Assembly (NCBI RefSeq): GCF_036321535.1 | Contig: NC_087436.1 | Span: 109,804,001-109,868,000, forward strand | Reading direction: 5' to 3' | From: Camelus dromedarius | Lineage: Eukaryota | DNA: 64,000 nucleotides | Shown: positions 12,210 through 23,619 of the stretch, piece after piece | Numbering within the stretch: position 1 is the first letter of the stretch | How the letters are laid out: each line of letters begins with the position of its first letter | Notes under the pieces: model-generated | Seen by the model: only the letters and a program-made list of their open reading frames with translations | Told to the model about the DNA's origin: nothing | Databases searched by the model: none | Translations under genes and position numbers: made by a program

Positions 12210-12345
12210 CTTTCTTTCTTTCCTTCCTTCCTTCCTTCCTTCCTTCCTTCCTTCCTTCCTTCCTTCCTTCCTTCCTTCCTTCCTTCCTCTCTTTCTCTCT
12301 CTCTTTCTCTCTTTCTCTCTCCCTCTCTCTCTCTTTCCTTCTTTT
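12003..12345. repeat. About 340-bp polypyrimidine tract, (TTTC)n-(TTCC)n-(TC)n
   Basis: Essentially purine-free run; source of the spurious F/S/L and K/E/R ORFs. Confidence 0.97.
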
Positions 12346-13804
12346 GCCAGATGGTTTATCTGTTCCCTTAGAGGGCTGCAAGCAGCATAGCGCATTCCAC
12401 ATGCATCTGGAGAGAGTATGTCATGATATCACTTTATTCTAAGAAATCCCAACCATTTGTTTAGTTATCTCAATCCAAATTACAATAAAAAAAATGAGAG
12501 GAAAAAAACCATATTCCCAATTTATGAGTCTCTTTGGTAGGTAAGAATTAGGACATAATTATGCATGCTCAGGACTACATAGACTTCTGACTTATGAGTT
12601 GCCCCAATGTAATAAAAATTTAGTGACACTTCATCTTCCATTGTCAATTAAGTAAACTTCTGGCCTACTGGCTAAAGTTTGATTTATGTTGCCTTCCTCT
12701 TACTTTTTATAAAAGTGAGAAATTACAGAGCTATCTTAATGTTTCAAAAGATTAATTGTCCATAACGCCAATTTGGTTTGCATGAAGTCTGAACAGCTGT
12801 AATTATGCTTACTTTCCCTAGTGACTATACCTAAGAAAATATTTCCAGGTTACAAGTTCCATCATGTTACATTTAAGAGGCCAAATTAAATACAATGAAA
12901 CCTGCTTATTTCACTCTTTTCCTGAGTACTCTCCTACAGTTCATATTCAAATTTCAAAGCCAAAGCCTTAACAAAGTTTCCAAACTGCTGGGTTGCCAAC
13001 ATTTAACTTTTTTTCTTCTTCTCAACACCTTTGAAAAATGATAAATTTTTTTTCTGCCTTGGTAATTATTTTTTGAATAGTATCTTTCTTTCCAATTGCA
13101 CACAGTCAGCTAATAAAAAGACACAAGGAAAAGTAAGATGATTTCAAATTTGAATTTCTCTTCTAAATCATAGTTTTTGAACTGACCTCAGAGATGTTAT
13201 CTGAGGTTATCCATTTTTTCACAAAAACTGTAATATTGTAATCATCCCAAGGTAGCACAGTGGAAAATACTAGCTCAAACTCAGTGCTAGGAGGGCAGAA
13301 TTTTTATGCCAATTCATTAGTGAGTACTTTAAATATTCACAGAGATATTACTCTCTACTTGACAAAATTATTTTTAATTAGGTGTTCTGAATTGTCAGAG
13401 AGGGGTCTTGGGGATTCATATCATTTTTAAAAATTTATTCTAATGTCCTTATAAATGGAGAGAAAAATGCCAAAACATTATGCATTCTGTTTCAGAGGCA
13501 GCAAGATCAAAATATAATTCAAAAGTTTGCAGGAGTTCTGCTATGTGCTTAAAACTGCTTTCCTCTTGAGGCTTATATTTTACAAAGTAGTCGCCTTTTA
13601 GCTCTGTGGGTGCACAAGGAAGAAGAAAAGGTTTGAAAAAAACAGGAAAATGGAAATGTAGACTTTAGAATATTTGTACCTTAATAGATACCAGAATTAG
13701 GCATTTGCCAGAATAAACCAAAAAGTTTAAAGGTACCTTAGAGAATAATACAGAAAGTTAAGAGACCAGAGGTCTCAGGATCACGTAATGGGAGGTAATT
13801 GCAG

Positions 13805-13847
13805 AAAAAAAAAAAAAAAAGAAAGAAAGAAAGAAAGAAAAGAAAAA
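13805..13847. repeat. poly(A)/(GAAA)n
   Basis: Read directly. Confidence 0.9.
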
Positions 13848-14098
13848 GGCATGTCACAGAGTCAAAAAGACAACATTTGAATTACAGTTTCTCACTCAAT
13901 GTATGATTTTGAGCAAGTTACTAAAATCTCTGCTTTTCACCTGTATCTGTGTTCAGCTTCATGTCCCAGGTGATGTTGGTTAAATTTCATAACCTCTCCA
14001 GGCCTCCAGTCCATCATCTGTAAGTTAGTGGGAGTTAAAACAATGACTACTAGGTTTCACTTTGCATCACGATTCTATTCTATCTTGGTTGTCTGTAG

Positions 14099-14181
14099 TT
14101 TTTTTTTTTTTTTTTTTAATTGACATATACTCAGTTATAATGTGTCAATTTCTGGTCTACAGTATATTGTCCCAGTCATGA

Positions 14182-14213
<32 letters not shown>

Positions 14214-14478
14214 ACACACACACATATATATATATACACATTTTCATATTATTCTTCATTAAAGATTATTACAAGATATTGAATATAGTTCCCTGTGCTA
14301 CATAGAAAAAAAAATTTTAATCTAATTTTATATGTAGTGGTTAATCTTTGCAAATCTCAAACTCCCAAATTTATCCCTTCCCACCACCTTTCCCCTGGTA
14401 ACCATAAAATGTTTTCCTATGCCTGCAGGTTTGTTTCTGCTTTGTAGATTAGTTCATTAGTGTCCTCTTTTTTCCTTT
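14099..14478 (-). mobile_element. Cetartiodactyl/camelid L1 3' end stub with embedded (TA)(TG)(CA) microsatellite
   Basis: Poly-T tail, tacaagatattgaatatagttccctgtgcta and tgcaaatctcaaactcccaaatttatccc, shared with the copies at 42945, 52640, 53600 and 62413. Confidence 0.9.
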
Positions 14479-14614
14479 TGGGGGAGGATTTTTAAGGATT
14501 TTGAGCTATATCAAGATTTAGAAGAAAAATATACTGGGATTAATAGTAAGGCAGAGTAGAAAGAAATGGCTGTATAATTGCAGGGCATTTGCACAAGATT
14601 TCTGCTATACCTAA

Positions 14615-14965
14615 GGTTATAACAAAGAGACTCTAAAATATATATTGGCTCAAACAAAAATAGACGTTTGTTTCTCAATCTCATGACAGTACAGGACAAG
14701 GGGACTAGTGGGTGTGATGTCCCTTCCCACACAGTGAATGGTAGATACTACTTCAGTTCTAGCTAAAGTGGAGACGAGCTATAGAGTGTTACCACATTGG
14801 AAATTGTTATGATCCAGGTCTGAAAATTTCATCCATCACTTCTACTCCCAGCCTTTCAGGTTTCATGTCACGTGGTCAAATCTAATAGAAATGGAGTCAG
14901 TACTCAGTTTCACTGTGTCCTTAGGAAGAAAACAAAAATATGGATTTTGATGACAGCTATCACAA
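14615..14965 (-). mobile_element. Old MaLR LTR fragment (MLT1J/K-like)
   Basis: ggctcaaacaaaaatagacgtttgtttctc and catcacttctactccca...gtcacgtggtca resemble antisense MLT1. Confidence 0.45.
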
Positions 14966-15199
14966 TATCTAAAGCACCTTTTGATTTTAATATTCAGCTT
15001 GCTGTCAACTGAACGCATTCTCATTTATATATCATGTTACAGATTCAAGTCACGGCTCTGTTTGGCTGTGAATGTGAGGACTAGTTTCCTTCTCTCTGAA
15101 GTGGCAGTGATGCCTGGCAGAGTGACCAGTTGTGTAGCTCAGTTGCTAAGCAGAGGGCATCATTAATAAGTCCTGGATAAATGTTTCAAAATCAGTGTT

Positions 15200-15300
15200 A
15201 ATTGCTTAGGTTTGTTCTGTCTTGTTCAATGTGCACCCACCAGCTACGCCAGGGCCTGGCACGTAGAAGATACTCAATGGATATTCATTGAATGAATGAT
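15200..15300 (+). mobile_element. L2 3' terminus
   Basis: tgtcttgttca...gcctggcacgtagaagatactcaatggatattcattgaatgaatga. Confidence 0.8.
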
Positions 15301-15566
15301 GACTTCAATCACACAACTATCACCATATGTAATAAGCTCATGGGAAGAAATATCCTTTAAAACTATTCCCTATAAATCCCTAAACACATAAATAGTATTA
15401 GTATTAATAACATCAGTAAGCTAGAAAAGCTCTTAACTCTCACATTTCATTGCTGCCCTTCAGAACTACAACAGGTATGTCCATGAGGCAATTTAACATG
15501 AACAAAAAATCATTTCAGGCTAACAATGGGACTAATAACAGTAATCATTAACACTGAACAGTAGGA

Positions 15567-15699
15567 AAGGTGACTATTCATCCCAGAGTGCTTGTGACTG
15601 CCTTGAATTCTATCAGTTCACCCAGGATTTTATCTGGATATTGTCTCATTAATCCCCAAAGATGTCCCAGTTTGGACGATAAACTACATGACTAATCTA
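15567..15699 (-). mobile_element. hAT-Blackjack MITE, MER94-like
   Basis: gtcccagtttggacgataaactacatgactaatcta resembles the MER94 terminus; aaggtgactat at the other end. Confidence 0.7.
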
Positions 15700-15889
15700 G
15701 TAATAAGATTTTTGTTGTTTTTGGTTTTGTTTTTGCTTTTGAATGATACTATGTTTGAATCTGTCCTGATGTCTCTTGGACAGGTATAATTTCATTGAGG
15801 CATGTGGCTCTCTGATAATTTGAATGGCCACCTCGAATAACAAATCCATTGCTATAAATTCTGCCCCATTTGATAAAATATTGTGTTAT

Positions 15890-16340
15890 TTTAAAGCACT
15901 CGTTAATTGGCTAAACTGACTATTCCAGTTAAGAAGCGAAATGAAAGTCATCGGATTGTATCGCTGAGCAGTAAGTTAAGATTTACTTGGCAACAGACTT
16001 CCCAAGCGTAATTGTATCTGGTAGCAGCTACAGTGGAAGGCTACCACTGAAATTTCAAACACGATTCATAATAGCCAATGAATTGGCAATACACTTCCCA
16101 AGCATAATTGGGTATAACTAGCAATAACTATGAATTAGATCTCCCAAGCATAATTGGGGATAACTAATAATAACTAATGAATTGGCAATAGATTTCCTAA
16201 GTACGAAGGTAGGCTGCTGTACTAGCTGCTAATGAACGTCACAACTGAAATTTCAAACACAATTCATAACTCCAGCGTTTTTGGTCAGATGACATTATTC
16301 TTAACTGAATATTTTCTAGTTTGGTTGAATGCTTTTTTGG
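15890..16340. repeat. Unclassified element with internal direct repeats and degenerate inverted arms
   Basis: Four ttggcaa..cttcccaagcataattg-type units, two actgaaatttcaaacac(g/a)attcataa copies, and cagttaagaa at 15926 inverted to ttcttaactg at 16298. Confidence 0.6.
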
Positions 16341-16972
16341 CAAAATTTTAAAGATAATAAATAACTCCTAACTGCAATAATTTGAGAACTAGGTTTTTAA
16401 TTAGTAAGATTATTTTTGGCTTAGAATCTAGTCCTTTGGGCAATTTAAAAGCAATTACTTATCTTTTCTTTTCCATCATGTGGAAATTATATTTCTACCA
16501 CTGTGGTTACTCCATCTCTTCCTTATACTACTGTTCAAATGTAAGACTTGTGGGATTCCATACTCACCAGATACACCTAATATCATACTTCTATTTATTT
16601 TCCACTCAGGCCTTTTACATCTCCCAAAATGTTAGTAGTCTCCCCTTTCTTAGCTCTATTCCTAACGACTTAGCAGCTACAGTAGTTAATGTTAAACCCA
16701 AAAAATTGTTCTCTAAGTTAGCTATTATATATCGGGCATACTGCTAAGTGTTCTCATATGCATTGCCTCTTACGTTTGCTATTATAATCTTGTGACATAC
16801 TTTTTGTACTTTGCTCCTTATACGTTCAGTCTTTTCCAAAAGAATAAATATCCTTGAAACCAGTAACCATATGTTTGCCCTCAGATGACTCTTGTCCTAT
16901 GGCCAGTGCTTAATAGATAGTTGTTGATCAAAAATCTTAAATCAGGGGCACATACATATGCAATATCTATTT

Positions 16973-17510
16973 GGTATCTATCAGATATCCACTGCATAAC
17001 AATGTCATGATCTTAGTGGCTTCAAACAACATACATTTATCATCCTATAGTTTCTGTGGGTTAGGAATCCTGGCTTGCCTTGGCAGAGTCCTCCGTTTCA
17101 GGTTCTCACAAAGCCATGCTCAATGTGGTAGGTGGAGCTGTCCTGTCATCTGAGTGTGACAGAGGAATACTTTACTTTTCCAAGCTTATGTAGTTGTTGG
17201 GAACATTCAGTTCCTAGAAGGTTGTTGGACTGAGGGCCAGAAGTCTCCATCAGTTTCTAGCCATGCAAGACTTCCCAATGGCCACTTGCTTCCTCAAAGC
17301 TAGTCAGAGAGTGGAATCTCAGAAGGATGGCTGTTATAACCTAAGGGATGTCATCCCCTACACGGCATCACATCCATCTCCTCGCTGCTGCCATATTCTA
17401 TTTGTTAAAAACAAGTCTCAGGCCGTGTATCCACTCAAGGGAAGGGGAGTGTGCAGGCATATGACAACCAGAATGTGGGGTTCATGGAGGTTATCCTAGA
17501 GTCATCATCC
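16973..17510 (-). mobile_element. MaLR LTR, MLT1F/G-like
   Basis: cttagtggcttcaaacaac...agtttctgtgggttaggaatcc...gccatattctatttgtt...caagtc...ccactcaagggaagggg. Confidence 0.85.
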
Positions 17511-18304
17511 CTCATACGATTTTTCTACCAAGTCTTCTGAAAGGAAACTTGCTTGATAACAACATGACATTTATCGAAAAGCACATATTGATAATAAAAG
17601 TAAGAGGAAGTTTTAAAATCTGGTCAATGAGAATTTAATATATGGTTCGTATGAGTTAAGAGTAGGGGGCTATCTCTGAGGCTAAGATTTTACTGCAGAA
17701 ATCGGCTACTTTCTCTCCACAGCCCTTACAATACGAAAGCACACTATTAAAATATTTATACAACTTACATAACTGCATCTAGAAGGTATGTATTTGATGT
17801 AATCTATTCAGCCACATTTTATTTTTACTCTTTCTTTTAAAAGCATTTTTGGCAACATGAGCTCACCTGTCTTGCAAGCCTCAAAGAACACCAGCACTGT
17901 GGTTTGCCAGGTAGCAATCTAGACGCTGAATTCCTTTTAAGTAGTAACAGAATAGGTTCAAAGGAGTACATAGTATTGAGTGGAATTCAAATTATTGTGC
18001 CTTAATCTTTATAGGAATTCTCGACTGCCTTCATATTTTAAATTCCAGCTGATGGAACTTCTTGTGGAGTAATATTAAAAATCATAATGTGGTAAATACT
18101 GATGCACATGAATTCTCATTTATAATCCTTTGTTCTCCTAAATATGGCATTTCCATGTTTAGTAAAATATCATTACATGTGTAGGCACAGTTTTACTGAA
18201 GCAGAAAATTCATTTTGAGTTGCAGTAAAATTCTCCCCTTCCTATCTCTCTTCATATCTTCCTTTCAATATTGCTAACAGCACTGTATTTGCAGTTAAAT
18301 ATAC

Positions 18305-18525
18305 GTGAGTGCCAGTTCCAGCTTCTTCACTTATTAGTTGTCTGATCTTGAAAATTCATATAATCATTTAAGGGTCTATTTCCTCATCTGTAAAGAAAAA
18401 GAAAAAAGGAAGTAAAGAAATCAAATAAAAGGATAATTATACCTGCCTCACAGGGTGGTGGTGAGGATTAAGTAAGATTGAATATCTAAAGTGCTTAATG
18501 CAGATCCCAGCACGAGGTTGGCATG
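18305..18525 (+). mobile_element. MIR SINE
   Basis: tttcctcatctgtaaa...atacctgcctcacagggtggtggtgaggattaag. Confidence 0.85.
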
Positions 18526-19034
18526 CGGTCTGTGTTTTCTTTCTTCTGTTTTACGTTTCTATTTCACTTTTATCGTCTAAAAATGATGATTCCATTGGAA
18601 TGGTTTCTCCAAAGTAAGTCCAGGTTTCCGTAAAAGGGTGGCTATTCCTGAATCGGTGATGACTACCATGACCGCACCATTTTGGTGCACGGGCCATAAG
18701 CTCTGTTAAATACTTCTCAATATGTTTTTGATAAATCAGTTCAAATGGCTCATCACAAGGTTCTGTTTTAATTTTTGTTTAGTAATTTCCTTTCTAACTA
18801 AATGAATTTTGATTTACTGGTTGCTTACCTTTGTGGAGATTTGCTCAGTTACTTATTTCCTCCATTATATTTATATAAAAATAAGCCCTTGAAATATAAT
18901 GCTAGAGTATTTGGTAAAGTGTTTCGATTCATATCTTCATCAAACATTTTTTGAACATCTATTATGGGAAATTCACTGTGAAGTCTACAAAGGAAAAAAA
19001 TGGCAGTTTTAGAATAATGATGTTATTATTAATT

Positions 19035-19275
19035 ATTATAATAGCATTGACCATCTACTGTGAACTCTTCTAAGTACTATGTTTATGTAGTTAATTAAAC
19101 CTCACATCATCTTGTAAGGTGGATGTATGGGTGTTATTACCAACATTTATATATGTGAAAATGGAGGTCCAGAGAGGTTAAGTGAGTTCACTGTAGCTTG
19201 GTGTCGGTCACACACCTCATAATCAGCAAAGCCGGGATTCAAACCCTCATGTCTAACTCTGGAGTCTGCTTTCCG
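19035..19275 (-). mobile_element. MIR SINE
   Basis: cattttatatatgtgaaaatggaggtccagagaggttaagt...gccgggattcaaaccc. Confidence 0.85.
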
Positions 19276-19722
19276 TCAGTGGGCAAAGGCTTGCCTTGAG
19301 ACACTCATGATTTAGTATATGTCAAATATATTTTAGCCCATTAGTTAGTTAAACCATTTGTTTTAATAATTTTTTTAATTGCAAAAATTCCCTCTCCACC
19401 TTTAGGCATTAGTTTGGTGTCTACAAACTAGAAGAGACTTTGAGGAACTACCATGAGACAGTTGCATTGAATGTCCCTGCATGATCACCCCAGGGTGACC
19501 CTGGGAAGCCCTTCTCCAGTGCTCTTTACTCATAATGCTCTTCACTGGTTAATTAATCCCTGAACACCTCAGATCTTTATCGATGTTCTGAGAGTGGCCT
19601 CACTGGTGACAGTCCACCATTGTCCACATTTCTTATTTGTGAACAAATCTATCAAACGTTGTGATTGTGGACTGGGCATGGGTGGTGGGGTAGGGGCTTT
19701 TGTCCCTTGCTTCTTCCCTCCC

Positions 19723-20085
19723 TGCCATAGACTGAATGTTTGTGTCCTCCCAAAATTCCTATGTTGAAAGCTAGTCCTCAGCATGATGGTTTTTGTGGGC
19801 AAGACCTTTGTGAGGACGATTAGCTTATAAGGGTGGAATCCTTCTGAGTAAGATTGGTGCGTGTATGAAAGAAACCCAGAGAGATCCCATGCCCCTTCCA
19901 CCGTGTGAGAATACACCAAGAAGATGGCCATTTAAGCACAGGGAAGAGGGCCCGTACCAGAGACTGAATCTGCCAGCATTTGGATTTTGGACGTCTCTGA
20001 CTCCAAAACTGTGGGAAATTCAAGTTTGTTGTCTAAGCCATCAGCTTATGGTATTTTTGTTACAGCAGTGGAATGAACCAAGATA
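19723..20085 (+). mobile_element. MaLR solo LTR, MLT1A/MLT1A0-like
   Basis: Full-length layout from tgccatagactgaatgtttgtgtcctcccaaaattcctatgttgaa to tatggtatttttgttacagcag...aagata. Confidence 0.92.
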
Positions 20086-20469
20086 TCTTTATCAAAGTTA
20101 GTAGAAGGCATTGACCTGGTATTTTGGTCTGCTCTGCAGACTGAATCTTTCCCTTGGAGGTGTTATTTCAAGGTGACACATAAGGAACGGGGAGCCTGGA
20201 ATGCATCCACCACCCTTGCTTTTATGAGAAGACCAACCCCTTTGCTTTATATCACAATTGATTCCATTCTTGGGTGAGGACAGGGGATGGAATTTACTTG
20301 CCTTCTTAGAGATACTGTCTATGAGTTCTGGCTGTACCTATGTTAAACTGAATCCTTTTGAAAAGTGTAACTGGTCATTCCTGAAAAAGATAACCTCACC
20401 TGTTCTAGAGCCAATAAACACAAACTCCACTTCTTCTAAGCTTTCCTTCAAGATGAATATTTATTAAGA

Positions 20470-20700
20470 CAATAGCGGACATTTATTCACTACCTATTTT
20501 TGTAGCATACATTTCTTAACTCACTGAATTCTTATGGCAAACCCGTGCTTTGTGTCTTCTTATTCATCCATTTTATAAACAAAGAAAAAGAATAGAAGAG
20601 GAGTCAAGTAACTGGCCCACATTCTCACAACTAGTGATAGAGCCAAGATTTAAAGTCAGAGATTTTTGTCTCCAGACATGCTCATTTAGTCTCATACCAG
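20470..20700 (-). mobile_element. MIR SINE
   Basis: ccattttataaacaaag...gtcaagtaactggcccac...agagccaagatttaaa. Confidence 0.7.
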
Positions 20701-21699
20701 GTAAGTGTCCCTGATACTTTCCTGATGCACACTGTATGAGTTCTAGTGATATGAATGTAAAACTGGGGCACTGATGTATTTTTGAAATAGTTATTTATGT
20801 AATTTGGTTATGTTGAAGAACTTACAGAAGAAGAGATTTTTATTTAAGTTAGGCAGCTCCCCCCTTGTCCAGGCTGGTAGAATCCTGCTAGATACAATTC
20901 TTACCCCTGCTTCTTGTTTACCAGCCAAGAAGGCTTTGCATACAGCCTCCTTGGGTGGAGCCCATACATACAGTGGCAAACTCCCTGGTAATAAAAAACA
21001 CTTAATAGGTGAAACAAGAAATTCTAGCCAAAGAGACACCTCCAAAACATAAAGACTCTCTGAGGGCTAGCCAAGATGAACAGATGATGTAATCTGAGCT
21101 ATGACAACCAGCCCTCCAAGCCAGGGCTGCTTCTGACTGGTTTGTGAGGAAAAGCCTTGGTTTCAAGTTCACTGATAGAGAGAAGGACAGCCGTGCCCAA
21201 CTTATTTTGTGAGTAACTAAGAAGTAATTTTAATGAAAACGTTGAATTGTGTTTGTCAAAGAGTGATAATCTTGGGGGCAATTAAAGCAATTGGAGGGAG
21301 GCAGCCATATTTAATTCATTTATTTTCCAAAAAATATTTTTTTAACAAGATCATCCATTTGGTGACATGATAAATTCTCCTTTACATTTAATATTCTATA
21401 GTTTCTTAGCACTGCTTTATTGAATTATCAAGAAGATGTTTCCTTAAAAGTTTAAGCAATGACTAAAGTGTAGTCTAATTTTAGATAATGGTTATTTTCT
21501 TAATAACCTCTATTTCTAGAATTCCTATGAACAGTTTAATTGGTTGGTGGTTCCTAGCAGTTCTCTAATTCAAACTGGTAAATCTTTTGAATGAAACCAT
21601 GCTGGGCTCTTCTGTTACAATATAAATATAAATATATTTAAGTCCCTGTTCTTGAACTGTTTCAAAGTTAGTTGGCAGGATAATAAGTTGATAATAAAA

Positions 21700-21907
21700 A
21701 TTGTTAAGATTTTTTGAGGGCTTACTTTGCACCATGGAATGTTTAAGCATTTTGTATTTACTAAATCATTTGGTTATAAAAACAAGCAGATTGTTCTTTT
21801 CATTCTCATTTTATATATGGAAACTGATACCCAGAGAGCTTTGGTAGTTTGCTCCAGGTTATATGGTTAAAAAAAAAAAAATTATAAACCGGATTGCAAA
21901 TCCAGGT
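21700..21907 (-). mobile_element. MIR SINE
   Basis: ctcattttatatatggaaactgatacccagagag...ttgctccaggtt...ggattgcaaatccagg. Confidence 0.7.
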
Positions 21908-22868
21908 ATGTTAGCTTCCTAGGGCCATTACGGAGTCCAAACTTGTTCTGCTTGCCACACAATAGGCTAATAAATCAGGAGACAAGGCATTGGGGCAAGG
22001 AATAATGACTTTATTCGGAAAGCCAGCAGACCCAGACAATGGCAAAATAATGTCCTAGAGAACCATCTTCCCCAAGTCAGAACTCGGGCTCCTTTTATAC
22101 TAAAAAGGGAGGAGGTGTGGTTGTTGCAAACTTCTTGGTGTAGGAATCCTTTGTTCTTGTAGCTGTCCAAGTGGATCAGGTCATGATGTCCCTGTAAACT
22201 TCTAACAAAATAAATGTTATTTTTTATTCTGCAGCTTTTTATCTTTATATGAATGGAAAAGTGTTAATACCCTTAAAGGTCAGCATCTTAAGAATAGGCT
22301 GTCCTGTATATTTCAGGCTCTAGGCAACATTTTTTCACAGAAGGTGCAGAACCAGCATGACTCAGCACAGGAAACGGAGCACAGGGTTAAAACCAAAGGA
22401 ACAGCTCTCATACGCACTCAGATTTGTTCTTTTCTAATACAGGAATGCTGTAACAAATTACTGCAAACTGGTTGACTTAAAAATAACAAAAAGTTACTCT
22501 CTCACAGTTCTGGAGGGCAGAAGTCTGAAATCAAATTGCCAGCCAAGCTGTGTGCCTCTAGAGGCTCCAAGGGAGGACATTTTCTTACCTCTTTCAGCTT
22601 TTGGTGGTTGTCAGCATCCCTTGTATCTATGTCACTTCAGTCTCTGCCTCTTATCTTCATGTGACCAACTCCTCTCCTGTCTTCTCTCTCTTATCATGAT
22701 ACCATTGGATTTAGGGCCCAACCAGGATAATAAAGGACAATCTCATCTTAATATCCTTAATTTAATTGCATATGCAAAGACTCTTTTTACAAACATGGTT
22801 GCATTTATAAGTTTTCTGGGTTAGGACTTGTACATACCTTTTTAAGGGGCATCATTCAATCAACTTCA
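21908..22868 (-). mobile_element. MaLR LTR, MLT1C-like, split by an ERV1 LTR (pieces 21908-21925 and 22442-22868)
   Basis: tatgttagcttcctagggc, then after the insert tgctgtaacaaattac...ctctcacagttctggagggcagaagtctgaaatcaa. Confidence 0.85.
21926..22441 (-). mobile_element. ERV1-class solo LTR (family A; relatives at 30650 and 48948)
   Basis: Colinear with 48948-49465 over its whole length. AATAAA and TATA-like motifs on the - strand (ctttatt, ttttatac on +). Confidence 0.88.
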
Positions 22869-23619
22869 GCAAGCATTTGGGCTGCAATGCCCTTGCTATG
22901 ACTCTTGATATGTAAATAATTAGATTGAAGGGCCTAGTAAGATACCTTTCAGTGGGGTGGAACAGTAGAAAAGGCAAAAGTACTGGCATTAGGCAGAGAG
23001 GAGTATGAACTTCATCTTTGCTGTAATTATAGTCTGTTTCTCCTTTGGCAGGTTACCTATTAGATCCAAGTTTCAGTTTTGTCATCTATAAAATGTACTC
23101 TATTATATGTTTTACCACATCATTTTTGAAGATTAAAATATAAGAAAAATGAAATAAAGTCATCAAGTCTGACATCTAGCGGGTAGATACAAAATGACAG
23201 TGTTCCTTTACTGCCCATGAACAAACGAAAAATGGGAGGAAAAGAGGAAAGAAGCAGTAACTCATCTCTAGATGAGACGCACGAATCGAGTTTGGAGGTT
23301 GTCACCATCAAGGTGTATCTTGATGGATTGGTTGATTTGCCATGGATAAGGACCAGTAAAGTGCTCTCTAGAAAGGTCGGGAAAGAACATTTATTTTGGC
23401 AAAAAAAATTTTTTTACAGGAACATTATAGAAAATGATTTCAATCAGAAAAAGAGGTTACTGTAGTATCAAGGAAGACCTTTAATTTAGGATGAGGAGCT
23501 TGTACAGAAATCTGAGGAATTTGTTTTAAAGTTCTGAGGTAAAGCATTCAAATACTAAGTTTTTTTTTTTCCTGGCAAAATATTATGTACAGTAGAAGTA
23601 ATAGTCATGATATAGAAAG

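Noticed and set aside
11940..12442. The 126-147 aa ORFs here and the similar ones at 5544-5971
   Set aside because: They are translations of (TTTC)/(TTCC) microsatellites, which lack stop codons.
15987..16270. CRISPR-like repeat-spacer array
   Set aside because: Repeats are degenerate and irregularly spaced, the spacers are themselves related, the context is mammalian and there are no cas genes.
19489..19505. Perfect palindrome cccagggt-g-accctggg, and isolated 8-bp stems near 26016 and 50406
   Set aside because: Isolated 8-bp inverted repeats are expected by chance in 64 kb and have no supporting context.
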